Source of the DNA: Scyliorhinus canicula
Taxonomy: Eukaryota
Length of the DNA stretch: 64,000 bases
Assembly (NCBI RefSeq): GCF_902713615.1
Contig: NC_052160.1
Location: 137,496,737 to 137,560,736 of the forward strand
Direction of reading: 5' to 3'
Part shown: in pieces, positions 37,571-50,000 of the stretch
How the letters are laid out: each line of letters starts with the position of its first letter
How positions within the stretch are numbered: position 1 is the first letter of the stretch
Position numbers and translations under genes: made by a program
The notes under the pieces: generated by a model
The model's input: the letters and a program-made list of their open reading frames with translations, nothing else
Told to the model about the DNA's origin: nothing
Databases searched by the model: none

Positions 37571-38283
37571 GTGCTTTGAGGGTCACAATGACCCATTGTA
37601 GGGTAAATGTTGCAACAGGTACAATTTGAAACAAACAGTAAGGTTAGCTCAGCCCACAATGACAAAGAAGGTTGAATAGTTCGAACAATGTCAGAAACCT
37701 AGAATGTGGGAAAGATCTATGAATCTACAGAGCTTTAAAGGCAGGCTTCTCACTACAGCTTATTGAAGGCGGAAACCCGTGGGTAAGTGATAGGTCATTG
37801 CGGCAATAATTGGACGGCAGTCCCACATTTCTGTCCCCATTACTGATGATGTAAAGTTTCACTCCGACCACGATTTCTAGACCGATGAGGCCACAACACT
37901 GATAGCTGTGATTAGCTTCTCCACAATGATTGTTTGCAGATGAACAGTGGATAAATTTGTCAAAGCATCATTTCATCAGCCCGTAGTGTTGACAACTAAA
38001 TTGCCTTTTGTCCATTCAGTACGTTGGTACTTTCAATGTGTATGATGGACTGGAAATTTTTCAGGGGTCCTGACCTCCAGCGGTAACTTTGCAGCGTTTG
38101 CCTCCAATATCCCATGAAGGTCACGGTGGAAACTCGGGAGAATACTCATGACTACCTCAATCAGTGAAAGTAATCATCAGAGAATTATGTACTTGCACAA
38201 TATGGGCACGTTGATGCACACTCCAAGGTGGCTGAGACTCTCTACCAGATATGCAGAGTCAGGAGTTAGCTTCATAAACATTG

Positions 38284-38485
38284 GAGCCGGTTTAGCTCAG
38301 TTGGCTGGACAGCTGGTTTGTGATGCAGAGTGAGCTCAACCGTGTGGGTTCAATTCCTGTACCGGCTGGGGTTATTCATGAAGGCTCAACCTCGACTGAG
38401 GTGTGGTGATCCTTAGGTTAAATCGCCACCAGCCAGCTCTCCCCCTGCCTATGGTCGTCTGGGAATATGGTGACTACTTTACTTA
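38284..38485 (+). mobile_element. tRNA-derived SINE family C
   Basis: A/B-box head plus CTGAGGTGTGGTGATCC core; related minus copy at ~10300-10505. Confidence 0.6.
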
Positions 38486-38781
38486 CTCATATATATGAAC
38501 TGATCCACTCTTTGTGCTCCATAGCTGTTGAGACTGTAACATTGTCCTCAAAATCAATTGTATTATTCTCCCTTCTATTTACTCACTTTCTATTGTAAAG
38601 CTAATTGTTTTTCAATAGACTAATGTCTGATTACTACTTGTAAAACAAAAGTGTTTTAACTTATTTGTAGATAGATTTGATTTTAGCTTATTTCCATTTC
38701 TTCACTGCCTTTTTCTCCAATATAACCATCGCAGGTGGAGAAGTTATCTAGTTTTGTTAGCACAGCCATCAATGCCACATG

Positions 38782-39572
38782 TGTGGCCGAACGGCCACCT
38801 AAGATGGCGCCCTGCATAGGATGCTGGGAGAATTGGCCAAATTTAAGGACAAGCAGGCTGCAGTTTAAATAAACATTGAGGGGCAAGCTGCAGTCTAGAC
38901 ATCGCAATACACAGGAATAAGGATCCCCAGGCCATCCCAGGAACAATAGAGCTATCTTGTCCATCACAATTGTTTACCAGACACAGTGGCAACTGAACTC
39001 CTTATTTGGAAGGGCCTACCTACCCCCAACACTTGCAAGCATGGCCACTGAATGCCCACCCCAAAATCGATGTGGCAGCCCCTGATTGGACTTGATCGAT
39101 CAGGGTGATCGAACCCTGATCAACTGATTGGCAACGACCCAGGAACCACCCAAAAGGGCACGAAATCCAAGCAGATTAAAAGGTGCTGCACCACTTTAGA
39201 ATCTCTCTCCGCAATAGCGCGCAACAGCAACGAAACAAAGGTGATCTTCATCGGCCACCACGAAGAGGACCATCACAGCACCAAACAGAAGGAAGACCAG
39301 AGCCAGAGCATCAGGCCAGACCCAGACCGAACAGCGAGCACTACAGGAGTCAGCACACAGATAAAGGCCTTTAGCTGTGTGGGTACTTGCTCGCCACTCT
39401 AAAGTTAAGTTAAGGTCTAGTATGAACTTTAGTATTTTGTAAAATAACTTGTGTTGGGTGGTGTGATTGATTAACTGTAACAGTGCGTGAGTGTGACTAA
39501 ACACTATTTGATTAAACAAAGCCAATCATTTGTCCACCGCATACAGGTTAAAGACACACTGTGGTAGCAACA
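38782..39572 (+). mobile_element. Solo LTR, 791 bp, 4-bp TSD CATG
   Basis: TGTGG...GCAACA; CATG at 38778-38781 and 39573-39576; TTAAAAGG TATA-like. Confidence 0.8.
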
Positions 39573-39909
39573 CATGATTACCAGGATACACAATAGAAAT
39601 CATGAAAAACAATGTTACTGCTCTTGTCCATTTCATTTGGAACTGTTCCTCTGGCAAGTCTCCACTGGCACGGTCCAATAATGGACAGTCCAGAATCTCA
39701 AAATGACCTTCATTTTCACGGTCTTTGATTAAATTCATGCTCAGTTCAAGGTTAGAGTTCATAAGGTAGTGGATCATAGTATTGTTTATGCTGAGGACTA
39801 TCAGGTCAGGTTCAGCATCACCAAATTAAAAATCTGCTCTTCCTCAACAAGATTCCTGGGGATAATGTTTCTACCTTGAATGTTTTCTGTGACCTGGCTG
39901 CAAATTGAG

Positions 39910-40345
39910 TTCAAAACTTCGCAAGACTGTCATAGGATGAGATTATATTTATTGGAGTTTAGAAGAGTGAGAGGGGATCTCACAGAAACTGACAAACTTC
40001 GAACAGGATTAGACAGGGTAGATTCAGAAAGATTGTTCCCGATGGCGGGGGAGTCCAGAACTAGGGGGTCATAGTTTGAGGATAAAGGGTAAACCTTTTA
40101 GGACTGAGGGGAGGAGAAATTTCTTCACCCAGAGAGTGGGGAATCTGTGGAATTCACTGCCACAGAAAGTTGTAGAGGCCAAAACGTTGTGTAATTTCAA
40201 GAAGGAATTGGATATAGCTCTTGGGGCTAAAGAGATCAAGGGATATGGAGGGAAGGCGGGATTAGGTTATTGAACTTGATGATCAGAATGAATGGCAGGG
40301 CAGATTCGAAGGGCTGAATGGCCTCCTCCTGCTTCTATTTTCTAT
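39910..40345 (+). mobile_element. CR1 3' end
   Basis: LEFRRVRGDL.E...SRTRG...NFFTQRV.NLWNSLP. Confidence 0.8.
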
Positions 40346-40384
40346 GCATGTTGCAACCTAGTGACCAATAATATGTATCTTGAC

Positions 40385-40600
40385 GTTGATTGAGGGATCA
40401 ATATTATTCAGGACACCAGGAATAACTCCCCTGTTCTCCCTTGGATGAAGTGACGATGATGTCCATCTCAGAGGACAGAGTGGGGCCTCTGTTGTTCGCA
40501 TCCAACAAAAGCAGCACGTCGCACAGTGCTACATTGGAGATCAACAGCCTTGATCTCTGGAGCGGGACCAGAGCCTTCTGACGCCGATGTGAGAAACGCC
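40385..40600 (-). mobile_element. Old DeuSINE (SacSINE1/AmnSINE1-like) relic
   Basis: Deu-domain-like core from recalled consensus; similar relics near 6020-6150, 8540-8640, 10030-10140, 11000-11100 and 63860-64000. Confidence 0.55.
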
Positions 40601-41132
40601 AGGACATGCATTTTGTTTTCTGTAAACTCCAATCGAGGCTGCCAGAGTATCGAAGTTGCGCTTGGTCAGAATTTGGATAAATTGTCCCAAGAAGGAAAAT
40701 GGCGAGGAGCAAATGAACTGCGAGGCAAAGCACATCTTATAGAATGCACTGTACAGAATTTAAATGATTTGATAGAGATTGCAAAAGCTGTGCAGTTTCA
40801 ACACTGCTTGCAGCAGTCATTCTGATTCTAACAATTAAACAGTTGATCCAATTCTTCAAAGAACACTAAGAAAGAGAACAATTAGGCTGTTATATAGCAC
40901 CCAGAATGTTGTACCATGAATGCATTGGTACTTATTTATTCAAACGAGACATGTTGTAAGGTCTGAGGGTGTCACAACTGAAAACTCCTTTCTATTCTGA
41001 GCGATGGTCGTGGCTATGATATCACAAGTGCTAAAAGGGAAGGATATGACTGATTAGAGTTTTCAGTGCAGAAGTGGGAGCGCTGAAGTCAAGACCTGTG
41101 TGTGGAAAGGGGAGATGCAAAACATTGAAACA

Positions 41133-41172
41133 ATGGGTTTTACCCTTCTCCTGTCCGTTGCTTGCCTATCAG
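41133..41172 (+). CDS. Gene B exon 1, signal peptide MGFTLLLSVACLS (in-frame upstream ATG at 41115 would add MQNIET)
   Basis: Hydrophobic leader ending in phase-1 donor CAG|GTAAGA, matching the phase of the IgV exon. Confidence 0.85.
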
Positions 41173-44100
41173 GTAAGAACATATTGATCTGCTTTGGGTT
41201 TTTGAAAGCAATGTGTAGTTACGTCAGTCTGACCAGAAGTGAAAACCTTGTGACATCGGGCCAGCTGCTAAGAAATGTCTTTCTGCTTTTCAAAAACGTA
41301 ATTATTTCTCAAGATCAGGAATCAATTATCTTTGGAGAAAAGGAGGAAAAAATGTGTCTCCTATTTCACACAATAAATAATACAATGGCACCCCATTTTA
41401 ACAAACTCAAACCTCCTGCTTTAATGATCTGTTGCTTTAGTCGTGATTGGTGTGAAGCTAGATGTTCAAACATGGATGAGGTGAATTTTATGAGCAGACA
41501 GATTATTATGCTATCTGTCTGCTAATGAAGTTTTACACTTTGAGCTGATCAAGTGTCTTTAAATGACTTAACCATTCTCATTCGCCATAAAAATATTAGT
41601 TCATAAATCACTTGGGAAGTATCAACTAAATCTGAGTCAAAGTTTGACGTGGAGACTGACTTAATCTCAATGTATCTGCAAAATGGGTGAGAATTTGAAG
41701 TTGGAATAAGATATTGCGACCATTTGAAATCATTCCCTGTAACACTGACAAACGTCAAAGCAGAGCAGGGGAAGTTTATAAAAATTCCAAAACATTTCTA
41801 AAATTTTTATATTTTATAACCAATTTTAAAATCCGAGGTTTTAGCCACCGCCGTCGAATGAGCTTGCCCATGCGACGTGGTGGCAAAGTCTGACCTGGTG
41901 AGGAATCTCTGCCTTTGGAGATTCGTACAGACGTGTCACCCTATGTATAAACTGAACAATGTCGTTTTAGAATCATGTTGATTAAAAGGGGAATTTCATG
42001 TGTTAAATAGGCAGAAAACCGTCACGTGACTTTTCATCAATAGGTCTGACTGATTTATTTTAATGACTGTTTTTAAACAATGAAACGTTTGCGCAATTGA
42101 TACTATGTCATAATTGTTCATAAGTTGCACCCTTGGAATATACTCAGCACCATTCACAAATGGAGGACACCATTTTGACTCCACTCCAGCCTTCAATATG
42201 CCTGGGGTGCGATTCCCCCACCTCTCAAACCCCTCCCTTTCCGGCGTGGCGTTCCAAGACCTCCGCTAGAAATGGAATTCTTACAATTACGTAAACTATA
42301 AGCCCCCTCCCCCACCACCACCACCACCACCACCACTCCCCGCACGGGAAGTCTCGCACTACCATGTTTCTCGTTTGGCTGCCCACTCACATAAACCAGC
42401 TGGGAAGCCCCGTGGGTCAGGAAACATGGGATGAAATTGTGGCCTTTGAAGAATGGCACACACATGCATTGTGTCCTCACAATACTTTCTCTATTGTTCC
42501 CGGCTCTTCTGCTGTCATCTGAATGCAAGTGGGATCGATTCTACTCCGGTGAAGGACACAAAACATTGCAGAGGCACTTTAAATAAAGCCGGGACAGAGG
42601 CCACAACATCTCCGAGAGAGATTCCCCAAGACGTTAGGAGAGTAGTAGACTTGACTTGACTTGAAAATGAATTCAAAAATATTGAATAACTAATTGTTGC
42701 TTGGTGGGAAAGGCGGTGTGTTCTTTCTAGGGGTTTTCATTTTTTCAACATTATTGAGAAAATAAGGACAGGATTTTCCATCCTTTTCCACCGGCGGGAT
42801 CTTCTGGTCTCTCTGAAGGCGGCCCACACGGCGGGTACCCCGGTGGCATAGCCAGCGAGTAACTCAAATGGCCATTGACCAGGGGGACTGGAAAATCCTG
42901 CCAGTGGCCAATGGTGAGCCATGTTGACTGCTGGAAAACCCGCTGTTGGTGCGTCGGAAAATCCCAGCCCAGGATAAAGAGCCTGGGTCACCGCAGAGAA
43001 AAAATTACCCCACAAATTTCATCCAGTGTCAATTGTAAAGGTAACATAGGTTGTAGTGAGTGTCGGGCATGATCGAGACAGTGCCTATCACTGCCAACAG
43101 CAACATTCTCTCCCAAGGCAATGTGTCCAGCTTAGAGGCATTAATTGGTCAAAAGCAGTTCTAATGGGCGGACATGTCATTTCATAGAAGCAACTGCTCC
43201 ACTCGGAACTCGGCCATGACAGGAGGCTCCCAGGGCGGTAGCGTAAAGCTTTAGGGATGCCCTCGCTGAAGAGGGCTAACATCCCCCCCTGAGTCACGGG
43301 AGACCCTGGCTTGTGACCGACCAAAATGGAGGAGGTTCGTTCGAGGAAACACTGAACACCTTCGAGAGACGTGGTCAGGAATGTGAAGAGGCAAAGTCAA
43401 AGTGTGGAGGGAATGCACAAACCTCCAGAGAACCCATCTACCTGACCCTTGTAGCAGCACCTGTTTCACTTTTAGCAAAGTCTTCAAATCACGGACTGGA
43501 CTTACCCACCATCACAGAACCCATGGAACCAGATTGGAAGCAAATCATCCTCAATGAGTGCTTGAGAAGGGGGAGATATTACACCATTCTCTGGTGTTCC
43601 TGCAAGCTCCTCAGATTGCACTCTCTCATAGCCCTGTGACTGCACTTTCACCAGCATTATTACAGGGTGCTGCATCAACATCTTGAACTGCAACAACTTG
43701 CTGACAAAGTCTGACCCGAACGTGGATGTAAGCCTTAACCATGCAGACAGCCTCATTTCTTGTTTGTCAAACCCAATAAGAGGAAATCAGAAAATGATTA
43801 ACAAGGAACAAACTGTTCTGCAAAACACCAGTTCCTGTTATTTGTACAATTTTCCAGACCACATCTGGCAAAGTCGTCCAGGTGTACCTCCCAACAAAAA
43901 CTGTAAAAATGCACCATTCATCCGCTGCCTCATTTGTTTCTCACTCTTGGATCTCTTCCCTCACGGAGCCAATTGAATTATTCTGGATCTATCTCTGCAC
44001 CCTCGCTTCCACCAAGCTCTGATTCCAGTGTGTCAGTTCCATTCCCTTCTTCCCAGCCCTATTGTTCTACAATACTGAAGTCTTATATCCTGCTGCAACA

Positions 44101-47026
44101 TACCTTCTGACTTATCGCTCAGCCTGATAAAGTGCCACATAACAGTTTTAATGCCTATGGACTAAAGGGACAGCGGCAGCATGGAAACAAAGGTGGCTGA
44201 GTGAGAGGGGACAGTGCAGGTGTGAACAGTTATTTTATAAATTGGAAGGAGGTATATCACAGGGTTCCTCAGTGGCTGATATTAGGACCTACTTTCCTTG
44301 ATCTAAATTGATGACTCAGATTTGGCTGTGGCAGCACAGTCCCAAAATTTGCAGATGACCCAATGCTTGGGAGTACTGTAAACCTCGAGGAAGACTTCAA
44401 TAATAGAGTTAGTATGGTGGAACGGTCAGACACTTGGCAGCTGAAATTCGATGCAGAAAAGTTGGGAAGTGATTCATTTTGAAGGAAGAACAAAGAAGTA
44501 TAAAGGATACAGTTTGAAAGGGGGTACAGGAGCAGAGAGCCTGGGGGTAAGTGTGCACAAATCATTGATTGTGACAGGGAAGGTTGAGATAGATGTTGAC
44601 AGGCCCTATGGGATCCTGATCTTTTTAATTACAGGCATTACACACCAAAGCAAGGAAGCTATGGTGAAACTTTAGAAAATACTGGTTTGGCCTCAACCCA
44701 TGTCCAAATCCAGGCAAAACATTTTGGGAAGGATACGGAGGCAGTGGAGAGAATGTAGAAAACACTTCCCAGAATGGTTCCAGACATTAGTGATTTCAGT
44801 CACATGGATGAATTGGAGAAGCTGAGGCTGTTGTGCTTAGAGAAGATTGAGAAGAGTTTTTCAAGAACATGAGGGGGCTTAAACAGGGCAGAAATAGAGA
44901 AATTGTACCCAATGGTGCAAGGGTTGATGAATGGCGTGGTGTCAAACCTTTTTACGCAGCCAGCGAGCGGTTCGGATCTGCAATGCCCCGTCTGACAGCC
45001 TCGTGGAGGCTGATTCAATCATAGTTTTGGAGAAGAAATTGGATAATTACCTGAAAGGAAAATAATTGCGGGACCATGAGGTAATTGTGGAGGTGTGGGA
45101 CCAGCTGAGTAACTCCTGCAGGGAGCTGGAACAGTCATGATGTCCTGAATGGCCTCCTTCAGTGCTGTAATCATTCTATTATTCTGTGAAGATTCTATAA
45201 AGCCTCACCCTCAAAGTCCAATGTTACAATCGCGCTAAAGATTTGGAGCAACGTTACTTTGGGACCGTTAGATTTGCTGCTCCCGGCTGTGATTTTCAAA
45301 CTTAAACTGGAGAAAGAGCGGGATCAACATGATGAAAACTAACCATCCTCACAAATCCGTGCCTCATTTCAGGGCTTGCACGATACACCGAATGATACCC
45401 TCCATGCCCTTGCGGTCTTCCTTGCCCTTGCAGTCTTCCTCAGACACATTTACTCTGACTCTCATGAACGTTCCGCCTTCAACCCACCCTGGAGCCAAAC
45501 TCTACCTTCTCACCCTGTTACCCTTACCTTGTGCCATTCTTGAAAGTTATGGGTGCACTGCTCTACCGTCTAGCCTCTCACTTCCACCCAAACTTATGTC
45601 CCCGGTTTCGGTCTCACCCATGTATCTCAGACCAGTTCTTTCATGTGCCAGTATTGGGCATGTTTGCAACTCCAGACCCATTAGAACTTCAACTGGTCCA
45701 GATTGCCACTTTGGATCCCAGGACAAAATCTACCCGCGACATTCCAGCTTGGACCCAACCGCCAGCCCCTCTGAAATCCATGTGCAATTTGGGACATGAC
45801 AGTAGTCCTCGCCCCATCCCTGCCTGGCACCTTCTGCCCGCCACAAATCCCCTTCCTCAAACCAGTACATTTTTGTCCCTTGCTGCGCATTTGTCATTAA
45901 AAAACCTGACAGAAATAAAACTCGGTAAACTGGGAGCAAACAGGTGGATACAACGGGAAATGCTGAAGCAAGTGGGCGGTCAGTGAATAAAAACCGATGA
46001 GACGAGCAGAGAGCTGCAGGATTGAGGACAATGAGGGAGGCAGTCAGAGAGAGTGAAGGAATGAAAAGCCATCAAAGGACTAGAGAAGGTTCCAGAAAGG
46101 AACATGAGTGGAACACTGAAGGGAGAAGGGAACCTCAATTCTAATGTTCTTATATTTCTCTGAAGTGTAGCACTGTTGCATTTTAAAACATTATTATGTT
46201 TGCTACTTACAGTTACATACGCTTCAATAACTGGGCCAAGTAGAACGGTTGCGACAGAGAGAGAATCAGTCCAATTCAAATGCAATTTCGACACATACTA
46301 TCAAGGTCATCAGAAGTACTGGTGTAAAGGTTATTACCGCAGGAGCTGTACTATTTTAGTACAAACCCAAGGCAAGGAAATGAAAAGCCAAGATGGCAGA
46401 GTAAAGATTAAGGCTGACAATAAGAAAGGAGAACTTACAGTAGAAATGGAGCAATTAAACCAAAGCGATAATGGCTGGTACTGGTGCGGAATAGAAATAA
46501 ATCATGCTCTGGATCTATTAAGTCCCACAGAACTTAAAGTAAATCAAGGTAGGACTCAAATTTATGTTCATTTGTGTTTATATATTTAATGACATGGTTA
46601 TATTATATAATTTATATAATTTGATGCAGGCTTTATTACATATTTTGCAAAATCTCCAAGATCCTGATTTCTCAGTCAAATGTTAAAATGTGCGGAGTTT
46701 GCACCTTTTCCCTGGGCGGCATTCTCTCATGCCGCACCGTATGGGAGAATCGCCGTTCGCGCCATTTTTCCCTGCGGCGCTGGTCCGACGCCGGCAGGCC
46801 ATTCTCCGAGGAGCAGAGAATCTACGCCATTTGCGCCGGCATGTTAGGCGCGGCGCTGGTCGCGGGCCGCTATCCACGGCCAGGCCGCCAATTCTCCGGC
46901 CTTGATGGGCCGAGCTGCCACGCGGAACTGGCAGAGGCCCGCTGGCACCGTTCACACCTGCTCGCAGCCGGCGGGAACTCTGCGCATAGGGTCGAGGGGC
47001 GACCTGTTGGACGGGGAAAGCGCTCC

Positions 47027-47077
<51 letters not shown>

Positions 47078-50000
47078 CGGCTCCAATGGGGTCTGGCCTG
47101 CGATCGGGGCCTACCGATCGGCGGACCGGCCTCTCCAGCCCCAGTCCTATTTTATTACTCAGCCGGCCCCTGAACCCCCACGCCAAGTCGTGTCGGGGTC
47201 GACGCGATGAGGAAGTCGCGCGGGATGGCGTGGCCCAACTGCACATGCGTAGGTTGGCGCGTCACCCATTTGGTGCCAGGAAGGGAGGCTGGAGCGGCGT
47301 GAACTGCTCCAGCGCTGTGCTGCCCCCGCTGTGGGAGCCAGAATCGGTAGTGCCCGTGTGCGTTTCGTGCCATCATGAAACGCGACGGCGTTCACGACGG
47401 CGCGAACACTTCCTCCGTTTCGGAGAATCCTGCCCCCTGTGTCTACATGGGTTTCCTCCGAGTGCTACAGTTTCCTCCCACAAGTCCCAAAAGACGTGCT
47501 GTTAGGTGAATTGGACATTCTGAATTCTCCCTCTTGTGTACCCGAACAGGCGCCGGAATGTGGCAACTAGGGGATTTTCACAGTAACTTCATTGCAGTGT
47601 TAATGTAAGCCTACTTGTGACACTGATAAAGATTATTATTATTATTATAATTAGAGCAATATTGTAAAGCCATGTTTTGATCATTCTATCTAATCCAGAA
47701 TTTCAATCAGTGATCACTGCAAATGCATCTTGATCTGTAACATAGGACAGTAAATAATGGAATAATATTTTTATACATCATTTTGTACAGCTCCAAAATC
47801 ACTTACAAAGAACAAGGAAAGACTAAGGTAAATACCAACGTATTTGAACTGGTGACATCGAGCATTTTAAAAATATATCTGCACAAGTGTCATAATGAGA
47901 AATGTCACAGTGCCACATGCAAGATTTTTCTCTCTGGAATCAGGGTCGAGGCCAACATTTATAGCCCATTCCTAATTGCCCTTCAAAAGGTGGTGGTGAA
48001 CCGCTGCAATCCATGTGGTGTAGGTACACCCACTGTGCTGTTAGGGAAGGAGTTCCAGGATTTTGACCCAGCGACAATGAAGGGACGGCCAATATATTTC
48101 CAAGTCAGGATGGTGAGTGGCTTAGAGAGGAACTTCCCGGAGATGGGGTTCCCAGGTATCTGCTGCCCTTGTCCTTCTAGATGGTTGTGGTGATGGGTTT
48201 GATAAGTGCTGTCTACAGAGCCTTTGTGAGTTGCTGCAGTGCATCCTGTAGATGTTATGCACTGCTGCCACTGTGCACCAGTGAATGCTTAAGGTGGTGC
48301 ATGGGCTGCCAGTCAAGTGCGTTGCTTTGTCCTGGATGGTGTTGAGCTTCTTGAGTGTTGTTGGAGTTGCACTCATCCAGGCAAGTGGAGAGTGTTTCAT
48401 CACACTCCTGACTTGTGCCTTGTAGATGCTGGACAGGCTATGGGGCGTTACGCTCCGCAGAATTCCTAACCTCTGACCTGTGCTTGAAGTTACAATATTT
48501 AACTGGCTGGGCCATTTCAGTTCCTGGTCAGAGGTAACCCCCAGGATGTTGACAGTGCAGGATGGCCAACATAATGCCATTGGACGTCAAGAGGTGATGG
48601 TTCTTTTGTTGCTCTGCCGTAGGTCAGGTCATCGTTTCACCTAGATGGAGAATGTTGATGATGTAGAGAACGATTGTCATTTTCAGCATCAGCACCAGCT
48701 GAAATTTGTCTTGAATTTCCTGGGCATTCCCCCCATTCTGCCAGTGTAACATCAGCAGAGGTTAACGGAAAAGCTTTGCTTTCCCGATCTTCTTGATGGA
48801 GCAACAGCACTAAGGAAACTTATCCCCTTAGAATCTGAAGACAACTTCCTACTTCACCAATTCCTCCAGCAACTATTGGTGGCCTGACTTAAATGAATTG
48901 CGCTGAATAATGGGTGATATTGTGGACTGGGCTAAGACTACTCAAACCCAAACCTTTTGAGTACTGGTATTAATTTATTCCTTCAAGGGATGTGAATGTT
49001 GCTCACTCGCACAGCATTTATTGCCCATTCCTAATTACCCTTGAGAAGGTGGTGGGTGAGCCACCATCATGAACGGTTGCAGTCCGTGTGGTGTAGGCAC
49101 ACCCACAGTGCTGCTAGGGAGGGATTTCCAGGATTTTGACCCAGCAACAGTGAGACATTTTCAAGTCCGGATAGTGAATGACTTAGAGGAGAACTTCCAG
49201 GTGACAGTTTCCCCATGCGCCTGCAGTTCTTGCCCTTCTAGGTGGTAGAGGTCACAGGTTTGGAAGGTGCTGTCAAAGGAGCCTTAGTGAGTTCCTCCGG
49301 TGCATCGATGGTGGAGGAGGTGAATGTTTAAGGTGGTGAATGGAGTGCCAATCAAGCGGGCTGCTTCATCCTGGATGTATCAAGTTCCTCAATAATTGTG
49401 GAATTGTGCCTTGGAGATGGTGGACAGACTTTGGGAAGTCAGGAGGTGAGTTCTTCACCTCAGCATTCCCACCCTCTGGCCAAGTCTTGCAACCACAGTA
49501 TTCATATGATTGGACCAGTTTAGTTTCTGTCTGTTGATAATGTTTAAGGTTGATAGCATACAAGGAGAAGAGCTCATATTTCAATTAGATTGAGTTGGAT
49601 TCAAGAACAGCTTCAGAAATGGAAATATATTTTTCTATCACACGACCTCACAGTCAGGGGCGGCACGTTGACGCAGTGGTTAGCACTGCTGCCTACGGTG
49701 CTGAGGACCCGGGTTCGATCCCGGCCCAGGATCACTGTCGGTGTGGAGTTTGCACATTCTCCCCGTGTCTGCGGAGGTTTCACCCCCACAACCCAAAGAC
49801 GTGCAGGTTAGGTAGATTGGCCACGCTAAATTGCCCTTAATCGGAAAAAAATAATTGGATACTCTAAAAAAAATTGAAAAATACAGCCTCACAGTCCTGC
49901 ACATTGTTTATGTACAACAATAATCCCCCCAGTAAATATACAAGATTGATTTATTTGCATTTTGTTTTCAATGCTGGTAAAGGTATCAGTTTAATTATGT

